The notes under the pieces: generated by a model
What the model saw: the letters and a program-made list of their open reading frames with translations, nothing else
What the model was told of the DNA's origin: nothing
Database searches by the model: none
In this document: positions 40,321-53,619 of the stretch, piece by piece
How positions within the stretch are numbered: the first letter of the stretch is position 1
How the letters are laid out: the number at the start of each line of letters is the position of its first letter
Origin: the human T2T-CHM13v2.0 reference genome, Homo sapiens
DNA: 64,000 nt
Assembly (NCBI RefSeq): GCF_009914755.1
Contig: NC_060943.1
Strand: one strand, 5' to 3'
Made by a program: the position numbers and the translations under genes

Positions 40321-43300
40321 TCATAGAGCAGTTAGGAAACACTCTGTTTGTAAAGTCTGCAAGTGGATATTCAGACATCTTTGAGGCTTTCGTTGGAAAC
40401 GGGGTTTCTTCATATTCTGCTATACAGAAGAATTCTCAGAAACTTCCTTGTGTTGTGTGTTTTCAACTCACAGAGTTGAACGATGCTTTACACAGAGTAG
40501 ACTTGAAACACTCTTTTTGTGGAATTTGCAAGTGGAGATTTCAGCCGCTTTGACGTCAATGGTAGAAAAGGAAATATCTTCGTATAAAAACTAGACAGAA
40601 TGATTCTCAGAAACTGCTTTGTGATGTGTGCGTTCAACTCAGAGAGTTTAACCTTTCTTTTCATAGAGCAGTTAGGAAACACTCTGTTTCTAAAGTCTGC
40701 AAGTGGATAATCAGACCTCCTTGAGGCATTCCTTGGAAACGGGATTTCTTCATATTATGCTAGACAGAAGAATTCTCAGTAACTTCCTTGTTTTGTGTGT
40801 ATTCAACTCACAGAGTTGAACGATCCTTAACACAGAGCAGACTTGAAACACTCTTGTTGTGGAATTTGCAAGTGGAGATTTCCGCCGCTTTGAGGTCAAT
40901 GGTAGAATAGGAAATATCTTCGTATAAAAACTAGACAGAATGATTCTCAGAAACTCCTTTGTGATGTGTGCGTTCAACTCACAGAGTTTAACCTTTCTTT
41001 TCATAGAGCAGTTAGGAAACACTCTGTTTGTAAAGTCTGCAAGTGGATATTCAGACCTCCTTGAGGCCTTCGTTGGAAACAGGATTTCTTCATATTATGC
41101 TAGAGAGAAGAATTCTCAGTAACTTCCTTGTGTTGTGTGTATTCGACTCACAGAGTTGAACGATCCTTTACACAGAGCATACTTGAAACACTCTTTTTGT
41201 GGAATTTGCAAGTGGAGATTTCAGCCGCTTTGAGGTCAATGGTAGAATAGGAAATATCTTCCTATAGAAACTAGACAGAATGATTCTCAGAAACTCCTTT
41301 GTGATGTGTGCGTTCAACTCACAGAGTTTAACCTTTCTTTTCATAGAGCAGTTAGGAAACACTCTGTTTGTAAAGTCTGCAAGTGGATATTCAGACATCT
41401 TTGAGGCTTTCGTTGGAAACGGGATTTCTTCATATTCTGCTATACAGAAGAATTCTCAGAAACTTCCTTGTGTTGTGTGTCTGCAACTCACAGAGTTGAA
41501 CGATGCTTTACACAGAGTAGACATGAAACACTCTTTTTGTGGAATTTGAAAGTGGAGATTTCAGCCGCTTTGAGGTCAATGGTAGAAAAGGAAATATCTT
41601 CGTATAAAAACTAGACAGAATGATTCTCAGAAACTGCTTTTTGATGTGTGCGTTCAACTCACAGAGTTTAACCTTTCTTTTCATAGAGCAGTTAGGAAAC
41701 ACTCTGTTTGTAAAGTCTGCAAGTGGATATTCAGACCTCTTTGAGGCCTTCGTTGGAAACGGGATTTCTTCATATTCTGCTAGAGAGAAGAATTCTCAGT
41801 AACTTCCTTGTGTTGTGTGTATTCAACTCACAGAGATCAACGATCCTTTACACAGAGCAGACTTGAAACACTCTTTTTGTGGAATTTGCAAGTGGAGATT
41901 TCAGCCGCTTTGAGGTCAATGGTAGAATAGGAAATATCTTCCTATAGAAAATAGACAGAATGATTCTCAGAAACTCCTTTGTGATGTGTGCGTTCAACTC
42001 ACATAGTTTAACCTTTCTTTTCATAGAGCAGTTAGGAAACACTCTGTTTGTAAAGTCTGCAAGTGGATATTCAGACCTCCTTGAGGCCTTCGTTGGGAAA
42101 GGGATTTCTTCATATTATGCTAGACAGAAGAATTCTCAGTAACTTCCTTGTGATGTGTGTATTCAACTCACAGAGTTGAACGATCCTTTATACAGAGCAG
42201 ACTTGAAACAGTCTTTTTGTGGAATTTGGAAGTGGAGAATTCAGCTGCTTTGAGGTCAACGGTAGAATAGGAAATATCTTCCTATAGAAAATTGACAGAA
42301 TGATTGTCAGAAACTCCTTTGTGCTGAGTGCGTTCAACTCATAGAGTTTAAATTTTCTTTTCATAGAGCAGTTAGGAAACACTCTGTTTGTAAAGTCTGC
42401 AGGTGGATATTCAGACATCATTGAGGCTTTCGTTGGAAAAGGGATTTCTTCATATTCTGCTAGACAGAAGAATTCTCAGAAACTTCCTTGTGTTGTGTGT
42501 TTTCAACTCACAGAGTTGAACGATCCTTTACACAGAGCAGACTTGAAACACTCTTTTTGTGGAATTTGCAAGTGGAGATTTCAGCCGCTTTGAGGTCAAT
42601 GGTAGAAAAGGAAATATCTTCGTATACAAACTAGACAGAATGATTCTCAGAAACTCCTTTGTGATGTGTGCGTTCAACTCACAGAGTTTAACCTTTCTTT
42701 TCATAGAGCAGTTGGGAAACACTCTGTTTGTAAAGTCTGCAAGTGGATATTCAGACCTCTTTGACGCCTTCGTTGGAAACGGGATTTCTTCATATTCTGC
42801 TAGACAGAAGAATTCTCAGAAACTTCCTTGTGTTGTGTGTTTTCAACTCACAGAGTTGAACGATCCTTTACACAGAGCAGACTTGAAACACTCTTTTTGT
42901 GGAATTTGCAAGTGGAGATTTCAGCCGCTTTGAGGTCAATGGTAGAATAGGAAATATCTTCCTATAGAAACTAGACAGAATGATTCTCAGAAACTCCTTT
43001 GTGCTGTGTGCGTTCAACTCAGAGAGTTTAACCCTCTTTTCATAGAGCAGTTAGGAAACACTCTGTTTGTAAAGTCTGCAAGTGAATATTCAGACCTCCT
43101 TGAGGCCTTCGTTGGAAACGGGATTTCTTGATATTATGCTAGACAGAAGAATTCTCAGTAACTTCCTTGTATTGTGTGTATTCAACTCACAGAGTTGAAC
43201 GATCCTTTACACAGAGCAGACTTGAAACACTCTTTTTGAGGAATTTGCAAGTGGAGATTTCAGCCGCTTTGAAGTCAATGGTAGAAAAGGAAATATCTTC

Positions 43301-46300
43301 GTATAAAAACTAGACAGAATGATTCTCAGAAACTCCTTTGTGATGTGTGCATTCAACTCACAGAGTTTAACTTTTCTTTTCATAGAGCAGTTGGGAAACA
43401 CTCTGTTTGTAAAGTCTGCAACTGGATATTCAGACCTCTTTGAGGCCTTCGTTGAAAACGGGATTTCTTCATATTCTGCTAGACAGAAGAATTCTCAGTA
43501 ACTTCCTTGTGTTGTGTGTATTCAACTCACAGAGTTGAACGATTCTTTACACAGAGCAGACTTGAAACAGTCTTTTTGTGGAATTTGGAAGTGGAGAATT
43601 CAGCCGCTTTGAGGTCAATGGTAGAATAGGAAATATCTTCCTATAGAAACTAGACAGAATGATTGTCAGAAACTCCTTTGTGCTGTGTGCGTTCAACTCA
43701 CAGGGTTTAAACTTTCTTTTCATAGAGCAGTTAGGAAACACTCTGTTTGTAAAGTCTGCAGGTGGATATTCAGACATCATTGAGGCTTTCGTTGGAAACG
43801 GGATTTCTTCATATTCTGCTAGAGAGAAGAATTCTCAGTAACTTACTTTTGTTGTGTGTATTCAACTCACAGAGTTCAACGATCCTTTACACAGAGCAGA
43901 CTTGAAACACTCTTTTTGTGGAATTTGCAAGTGGAGATTTCAGCCGCTTTGAGGTCAATGGTAGAATAGGAAATATCTTCCTACAGAAACTAGACAGAAT
44001 GATTCTCAGAAACTCCTTTGTGATGTGTGCGTTCAACTCACAGAGTTTAACCTTTCTTTTCATAGAGCAGTTAGGAAACACTCTGTTTGAAAAGTCTGCA
44101 AGTGGATATTCAGACCTCCTTGAGGCCTTCGTTGGAAACGGGATTTCTTCATATTATGCTAGACAGAAGAATTCTCAGTAACTTCCTTGTGTTGTGTGTA
44201 TTCAACTCACAGAGTTGAACGATCCTTTACACAGAGCAGATTTGAAACACTCTTTTTGTGGAATTTGCAAGTGGAGATTTCAGCCGCTTTGAGGTCAATG
44301 GTAGAATAGGAAATATCTTCCTATAGAAACTAGACAGAATGATTCTCAGAAACTCCTTTGTGATGGGTGCGTTCAACTCACAGAGTTTAACCTTTCTTTT
44401 CATAGAGCAGTTAGGAAACACTCTGTTTTTAAAGTCTGCAAGTGGATATTCAGACCTCCCTGAGGCCTTCGTTGGAAACGGGATTTCTTCATATTATGCT
44501 AGACAGAAGAATTCTCAGTAACTTCCTTGTGTTGTGTGTATTCAACTCACAGAGTTGAACGATCCTTTACACAGAGCATACTTGAAACACTCTTGTTGTG
44601 CAATTTGCAAGTGGAGATTTCAGCCTCTTTGAGGTCAATGGTAGAATAGGAAATATCTTCCTATAGAAACTAGACAGAATGATTCTCAGAAACTCCTTTG
44701 TGATTTGTGCGTTCAACTCACAGAGTTTAACCTTTCTTTACATAGAGGAGTTAGGAAACACTCTGTTTGTAAAGTCTGCAAGTGGATATTCAGACCTCCT
44801 TGAGGCCTTCTTTGGAAACGGGATTTCTTCATATTATGCTAGACAGAAGAATTCTCAGTAACTTCCTTGTGTTGTGTGTATTCAACTCACAGAGTTGAAC
44901 GATCCTTTACACAGAGCAGACTTGAAACACTCTTTTTGTGGAATTTGCAAGTGGAGATTTCAGCCGCTATGAGGTCAATGGTAGAATAGGAAATAACTTC
45001 CTATAGAAACTAGACAGAATGATTGTCAGAAACTCATTTGTGATGTGTGCGTTCAACTCACAGAGTTTAACCTTTCTTTTCATAGAGCAGTTAGGAAACA
45101 CTCTGTTTGTAAAGTCTGCAAGTGGATATTCAGACCTCCTTGAGGCCTTCGTTGGAAACGGGATTTCTTCATATTCTGCTAGACAGAAGAATTCTCAGAA
45201 ACTTCCTTGTATTGTGTGTATTCAACTCACAGAGTTGAACGATCCTTTACACAGAGCAGACATGAAACACTCTTTTTGTGGAATTTGCAAGTGGAGATTT
45301 CAGCCGCTTTGAGGTCAATGGTAGAATAGGAAATATCTTCCTATAGAAACTAGACAGAATGATTCTCAGAAACTCCTTTGTGATGTGTGCGTTCAACTCA
45401 CAGACTTTAACCTTTCTTTTCATAGAGCAGTTAGGAAACACTCTGTTTGTAAAGTCTGCAAGTGGATATTCAGACATCTTTGAGGCTTTCGTTGGAAACG
45501 GGTTTTCTTCATATTCTGCTATACAGAAGAATTCTCAGAAACTTCCTTGTGTTGTGTGTCTTCAACTCACAGAGTTGAACGATGCTTTACACAGAGCAGA
45601 CTTGAAACACTCTATTTGTGGAATTTGCAAGTGGAGATTTCAGCCGCTTTGAGGTCAATGGTAGAATAGGAAATATCTTCTTATAGAAACTAGACAGAAT
45701 GATTCTCAGAAACTCCTTTGTGATGTGTGCGTTCAACTCACAGAGTTTAACTTTTCTTTTCATAGAGCACTTAGGAAACACTCTGTTTGTAAAGTCTGCA
45801 AGTGGATATTCAGACCTCCTTGAGGCCTTCGTTGGAAACGGGATTTCTTCATATTATGCTAGACAGAAGAATTCTCAGTAACTTCCTTGTGTTGTGTGTA
45901 TTCAACTCACAGAGTTGAACGATCCTTTACACAGAGCAGACTTGAAACACTCTTTTTGTGGAATTTGCAAGTGGAGATTTCAGCCGCTGTGAGGTCAATG
46001 GTAGAAAAGGAAATATCTTCGTATAAAAACTAGACAGAATGATTCTCAGAAACTCCTTTGTGATGTGTGCGTTCAACTCACAGAGTTTAAACTTTCTTTT
46101 CATAGAGCAGTTAGGAAACACTCTGTTTGTAAAGTCTGCAAGTGGATATTCAGACCTCTTTGAGGCCTTCGTTGGAAACGGGATTTCTTCCTATTCTGCT
46201 AGACAGAAGAATTCTCAGTAACTTCCTTGTGTTGTGTGTATTCAACTCACAGAGTTGAACGATCCTTTACACAGAGCAGACTTGAAACACTCTTTTTGTG

Positions 46301-49300
46301 GAATTTGCAAGTGGAGATTTCAGCCGCTTTGAGGTCAATGGTAGAATAGGAAATATCTTCCTATAGAAACTAGACAGAATGATTCTCAGAAACTCCTTTG
46401 TGATGTGTGCGTTCAACTCACATAGTTGAACCTTTCTTTTCATAGAGCAGTTAGGAAACACTCTGTTTGTAAAGTCTGTAAGTGGATATTCAGACATCTT
46501 TGAGGCTTTCGTTGGAAACGGGATTTCTTCATATTCTGCTATACAGAAGAATTCTCAGAAACTTCCTTGTGTTGTGTGTTTTCAACTCACACAGTTTAAC
46601 TTTCCTTTACACAGAGTAGACTTGAAACACTCTTTTTGTGGAAGTTGCTAGTGGAGATTTCAGCCACTTTGAGGTCAATTGTAGAATAGGAAATATCTTC
46701 CTATATAAACTAGACAGAATGATTCTCAGAAACTTCTTTGTGATGTGTGCGCTCAACTCACAGAGTTTAACCTTTCTTTTCATAGAGCAGTTAGGAAACA
46801 CTCTGTTTGTAAAGTCAGCAAGTGGATATTCAGACCTCTTTGAGGCCTTCGTAGGAAACGGGATTTCTGCATATTATGCTAGACAGAAGAATTCTCAGTA
46901 ACTTCCTTGTGTTGTGTTTATTCAACTCACAGAGTTGAACGATCCTTTACACAGAGCAGACTTGAAACACTCTTTTTGTGGAACTTGCAAGTGGAGATTT
47001 CAGCCGCTTTGAGGTCAATTGTAGAATAGGAAATATCTTCCTATAGAAACTAGACAGAATGATTCTCAGAAACTCCTTTGTGATGTGTGCGTTCAACTCA
47101 CAGAGTTTAACCTTTCTTTTCATAGAGCAGTTAGGAAACACTCTGTTTGTAAAGTCTGCAAGTGGATATTCAGACCTCTTTGAGGCCATCGTTGGAAACG
47201 GGATTTCTTCATATTCTGCTAGAGAGAAGAATTCTCAGTAACTTCCTTGTGTTGTGTGTATTCAACTCACAGAGTTCAACGATGCTTTACACAGAGGAGA
47301 CTTGAAACACACTTTTTGTTGAATTTGCAAGTGGAGATTTCAGCCGCATTGAGGTCAATGGTAGAATAGGAAATATCTTCCTATAGAAACTAGACAGAAT
47401 GATTCTCAGAAACTCCTTTGTGATGTGTGCGCTCAACTCACAGAGTTTAACCTTTCTTTTCATAGAGCAGTTAGGAAACACTCTGTTTGTAAAGTCTGCA
47501 AGTGGATATTCAGACCTCTTTGAGGCCTTCGTAGGAAACGGGATTTCTTCATATTATGCTAGACAGAAGAATTTTCAGTAACTTCCTTGTGTTGTGTGTA
47601 TTCCACTCACAGAGTTGAACGATCCTTTACACAGAGCAGACTTGAAACACTCTTTTTCTGGAATTTGCAAGTGGAGATTTCAGCCGATTTGAGGTCAATG
47701 GTAGAATAGGAAATATCTTCCTATAGAAACTAGACAGAATGATTCTCAGAAACTCCTTTGTGATGTGTGCGTTCAACTCACAGAGTTTAACCTTTCTTTT
47801 CATAGAGCAGTTAGGAAACACTCTGTTTGTAAAGTCTGCAAGTGGATATTCAGACCTCTTTGAGGCCTTCATTGGAAACGGGATTTCTTCATATTATGCT
47901 AGACACAAGAATTCTCAGTAACTTCCTTGTGTTGTGTGTATTCAACTTACAGAGTTGAACGATTTCTTACACAGAGCAGAGTTGAAACACTCTTTTTCTG
48001 GAATTTGCAAGTGGAGATTACAGCCGCTTTGAGGTCAATGGTAGAATAGGAAATATGTTCCTATAGAAACTAGACAGAATGATTCACAGAAACTCCTTTG
48101 TGATGTGTGCGTTCAACTCACAGAGTTTAACCTTTCTTTTCATAGAGCAGTTAGGAAACACTCTGTTTGTAAAGTCTGAAAGTGGATATTCAGACCTCTT
48201 TGAGGCCATCGTTGGAAACGGGATTTCTACATATTCTGCTAGAGAGAAGAATTCTCAGTAATTTCCTTGTGTTGTGTGTATTCAACTCACAGAGTTGAAC
48301 GATCCTTTACAGAGAGCAGACTTGAAACACTCTTTTTGTTGAATTTGCAAGTGGAGATTTCAGCCGCTTTGAGGTCAATTGTAGAAAAGGAAATATCTTC
48401 GTATAAAAACTAGACAGAATGATTCTCAGAAACTCCCTTGTGATGTGTGCGTTCAACTCACAGAGTTTAACCTTTCTTTTCATAGAGCAGTTAGGAAACA
48501 CTCTGTTTGTAAAGTCTGCAGTGGATATTCAGACCTCCTTGAGGCCTTCGTTGGAAACGGGATTTCTTCATATTATGCTAGACAGAAGAATTCTCAGTAA
48601 CTTCCTTGTGTTGTGTGTATTCAACTCACAGAGATCAACGATGCTTTACACAGAGTAGACTTGAAACACTCTTTTTGTGGAATTTGCAAGTGGAGATTTC
48701 AGCCGCTTTGAGGTCAATGGTAGAATAGAAAATATCTTCCTATAGAAACTACACAGAATGATTCTCAGAAACTCCTTTGTGATGTGTGCGCTCAACTCAC
48801 AGAGTTTAACCTTTCTTTTCATAGAGCAGTTAGGAAACACTCTGTTTGTAAAGTCTGCAAGTGGATATTCAGACCTCTTTCAGGCCTTCGTAGGAAACGG
48901 GATTTCTTCATATTATGCTAGACAGAAGAATTCTCAGTAACTTCCATGTGTTGTGTGTATTCAACTCACAGAGTTGAACGATCCTTTACACAGAGCAGAC
49001 TTGAAACACTCTTTTTCTGGAATTTGCAAGTGGAGGTTTCAGCCGCTTTGAGGTCAATGGTAGAATAGGAAATATCTTCCTATAGAAACTAGACAGAATG
49101 ATTCTCAGAAACTCCTTTGTGATGTGTGCGTTCAACTGACAGAGTTTAACCTTTCTTTTCATAGAGCATTTAGGAAACACTCTGTTTGTAAAGTCTGCAA
49201 GTGGATATTCAGACCTCTTTGAGGCCTTCGTTGGAAACGGGATTTCTTCATATTCTGCTAGACAGAAGAATTCTCAGTAACTTTCTTGTGTTGTGTGTAT

Positions 49301-52300
49301 TCAACTCACACAGTTGAACGATCCTTTACACAGAGCAGACTTGAAACACTCTTTTTGTGGAATTTGCAAGTGGAGATTTCAGCCGCTTTGAGGTCAATGG
49401 TAGAATAGGAAATATCTTCCTATAGAAACTAGACAGAATGATTCTCAGAAACTCCTTTTTGATGTGTGCGTTCAACTCACAGAGTTTAACCTTTCTTTTC
49501 ATAGAGCAGTTAGGAAACACTCTGTTTGTAAAGTCTGCAAGTGGATATTCAGACCTCTTTGAGGCCATCGTTGGAAACGGGATTTGTACATATTCTGCTA
49601 GAGAGAAGAATTCTCAGTAACTTCCTTGTGTTGTGTGTATTCAACTCACAGAGTTCAACGATGCTTTACACAGAGTAGACTTGAAACACACTTTTTGTTG
49701 AATTTGCAAGTGGAGATTTCAGCCGCTTTGAGGTCAATGGTAGAATAGGAAATATCTTCCTATAGAAACTAGACAGAATGATTCTGAGAAACTCCTTTGT
49801 GATGTGTGCGTTCAACTCACAGAGTTTAACCTTTCTTTTCATAGAGCAGTTAGGAAACACTCTGTTTGTAAAGTCTGCAAGTGGATATTCAGACCTCTTT
49901 GAGGCCTTCGTTGGAAACGGGATTTCTTCATATTCTGCTAGACAGAAGAATTCTCAGTAACTTCCTTGTGTTGTGTGTATTCAACTCACAGAGTTGAACG
50001 ATCCTTTACACAGAGCAGACTTGAAACACTCTTTTTGTGGAATTTGCAAGTGGAGATTTCAGCCGCTTTGAGGTCAATGGTAGAATAGGAAATATCTTCC
50101 TATAGAAACTAGACAGAATGATTCTCAGAAACTCCTTTGTGATGTGTGCGTTCAACTCACAGAGTTTAACCTTTCTTTTCATAGAGCAGTTAGGAAACAC
50201 TCTGTTTGTTAAGTCTGCAAGTGGATATTCAGACCTGTTTGAGGCCATCGTTGGAAACGGGATTTCTTCATATTCTGCTAGAGAGAAGAATTCTCAGTAA
50301 CTTCCTTGTGTTGTGTGTATTCAACTCACAGAGTTCAACGATGCTTTACACAGAGGAGACTTGAAACACACTTTTTGTTGAATTTGCAAGTGGAGATTTC
50401 AGCCGCTTTGAGGTCAATGGTAGAATAGGAAATATCTTCCTATAGAAACTAGACAAAATGATTCTCAGAAACTCCTTTGTGATGTGTGCGCTCAAGTCAC
50501 AGAGTTTAACCTTTCTTTTCATAGAGCAGTTAGGAAACACTCTGTTTGTAAAGTCTGCAAGTGGATACTCAGACCTCTTTGAGGCCTTCGTAGGAAACGG
50601 GATTTCTTCATATTATGCTAGACAGAAGAATTCTCAGTAACTTCCTTGTGTTGTGTGTATTCAACTCACAGAGTTGAACGATCCTTTACACAGAGCAGAC
50701 TTGAAACACTCTTTTTCTGGAATTTGCAAGTGGAGATTTCAGCCGCTTTGAGGTCAATGGTAGAATAGGAAATATCTTCCTATAGAAACTAGACAGAATG
50801 ATTCTCAGAAACTCCTTTGTGATGTGTGCGTTCAACTCACAGAGTTTAACCTTTCTTTTCATAGAGCAGTTAGGAAACACTCTGTTTGTAAAGTCTGCAA
50901 GTGGATATTCAGACCTCCTTGAGGCCTTCGTTGGAAACGGGATTTCTTCATATTATGCTAGACACAAGAATTCTCAGTAACTTACTTGTGTTGTGTGTAT
51001 TCAACTCACAGAGTTGAACGATTTCTTACACAGAGCAGAGTTGAAACACTCTTTTTCTGGAATTTGCAAGTGGAGATTTCAGCCGCTTTGAGGTCAATGG
51101 TAGAATAGGAAATATCTTCCTATAGAAACTGGACAGAATGATTCTCAGAAACTCCTTTGTGATGTGTGCGCTCAAGTCACAGAGTTTAACCTTTCTTTTC
51201 ATAGAGCAGTTAGGAAACACTCTGTTTGTAAAGTCTGCAAGTGGATACTCAGACCTCTTTGAGGCCTTCGTAGGAAACGGGATTTCTTCATATTATGCTA
51301 GACAGAAGAATTCTCAGTAACTTCCTTGTGTTGTGTGTATTCAACTCACAGAGTTGAACGATCCTTTACACAGAGCAGACTTGAAACACTCTTTTTGTGG
51401 AATTTGCAAGTGGAGATTTCAGCCGCTTTGAGGTCAATTGTAGAAAAGGAAATATCTTCGTATAAAAACTAGACAGAATGATTCTCAGAAACTCCCTTGT
51501 GATGTGTGCGTTCAACTCACAGAGTTTAACCTTTCTTTTCATAGAGCAGTTAGGAAACACTCTGTTTGTAAAGTCTGCAAGTGGATATTCAGACTTCCTT
51601 GAGGCCTTCGTTGGAAACGGGATTTCTTCATATTATGCTAGACAGAAGAATTCTCAGTAACTTCCTTGTGTTGTGTGTATTCAACTCACAGAGTTGAACG
51701 ATCCTTTACACAGAGCATACTTGAAACACTCTTCTTGTGGAATTTGCAAGTGGAGATTTCAGCCGATTTGAGGTCAATGGTAGAATAGGAAATATCTTCG
51801 TATAAAAAATTGACAGAATGATTCTCAGAAACTCCTTTGTGATGTGTGCGTTCAACTCACAGAGTTTAACCTTTCTTTTCATAGAGCAGTTAGGAAACAC
51901 TCTGTTTGTAAAGTCTGCAAGTGGATATTCAGACCTCCCTGAGGCCTTCTTTGGAAACGGGATTTCTTCATATTATGCTAGACAGAAGAATTCTCAGTAA
52001 CTTCCTTGTGTTGTGTGTATTCAACTCACAGACTTGAACGATCCTTTACACAGAGCAGACTTGAAACACTCTTTTTGTGGAATTTGCAAGTGGAGATTTC
52101 AGCCGCTTTGAGGTCAATGGTAGAAAAGGAAATATCTTCGTATAAAAACTAGACAGAATGATTCTCAGAAACTCCTTTGTGATGTGTGCGTTCAACTCAC
52201 AGAGTTTAACCTTTCTTTTCATAGAGCAGTTAGGAAACACTCTGTTTGTAAAGTCTGCAAGTGGATATTCAGACCTCCTTGAGGCCTTCGTTGGAAACGG

Positions 52301-53619
52301 GATTTCTTCATATTATGCTAGACAGAAGAATTCTCAGTAACTTCCTTGTGTTGTGTGTATTCAACTCACAGAGTTCAACGATGCTTTACACAGAGTAGAG
52401 TTGAAACACTCTTTTTGTGGAATTTGCAAGTGGAGATTTCAGCCGCTTTGAGGTCAATGGTAGAATAGGAAATATCTTCCTATAGAAACTACACAGAATG
52501 ATTCTCAGAAACTCCTTTGTGATGTGTGCGCTCATCTCACAGAGTTTAACCTTTCTTTTCATAGAGCAGTTAGGAAACACTCTGTTTGTAAAGTCTGCAA
52601 GTGGATATTCAGACCTCTTTGAGGCCTTCGTAGGAAACGGGATTTCTTCATATTATGCTAGACAGAAGAATTCTCAGTAACTTCCTTGTGTTGTGTGTAT
52701 TCAACTCACAGAGTTGAACGACCCTTTACACAGAGCAGACTTGAAACACTCTTTTTCTGGAATTTGCAAGTGGAGGTTTCAGCCGCTTTGAGGTCAATGG
52801 TAGAATAGGAAATATCTTCCTATAGAAACTAGACAGAATGATTCTCAGAAACTCCTTTGTGATGTGTGCGTTCACCTGACAGAGTTTAACCTTTCTTTTC
52901 ATAGAGCATTTAGGAAACACTCTGTTTGTAAAGTCTGCAAGTGGATATTCAGACCTCTTTGAGGCCTTCGTTGGAAACGGGATTTCTTCATATTCTGCTA
53001 GACAGAAGAATTCTCAGTAACTTCCTTGTGTTGTGTGTATTCAACTCACAGAGTTGAACGATCCTTTACACAGAGCAGACTTCAAACACTCTTTTTGTGG
53101 AATTTGCAAGTGGAGATTTCAGCCGCTTTGAGGTCAATGGTAGAATAGGAAATATCTTCCTATAGAAACTAGACGGAATAATTCTCAGAAACTCCTTTGT
53201 GATGTGTGCGTTCAACTCACAGAGTTTAACCTTTCTTTTCATAGAGCAGTTAGGAAACACTCTGTTTGTAAAGTCTGCAAGTGGATATTCAGACATCTTT
53301 GAGGCCTTCGTTGGAAACGGGATTTCTTCATATTCTGCTATACAGAAGAATACTCAGAAACTTCCTTGTGTTGTGTGTTTTCAACTCACAGAGTTGAACG
53401 ATGCTTTACACAGAGTAGACTTGAAACACACTTTTTGTTGAATTTGCAAGTGGAGATTTCAGCTGATTTGAGGTCAATGGTAGAATAGGAAATATCTTCG
53501 TATAAAAAGTAGACAGAATGATTCTCAGAAACTTCTTTGTGATGTGTGCGCTCAACTCACAGAGTTTAACCTTTCTTTTCATAGAGCAGTTAGGGAACAC
53601 TCTGTTTGTAAAGTCTGCA

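Noticed and set aside
42559-42933. Longest ORF (124 aa)
   Set aside because: It results from chance loss of two stop codons (TAA>CAA and TAA>AAA) joining adjacent repeat frames, and it begins at a GTG.
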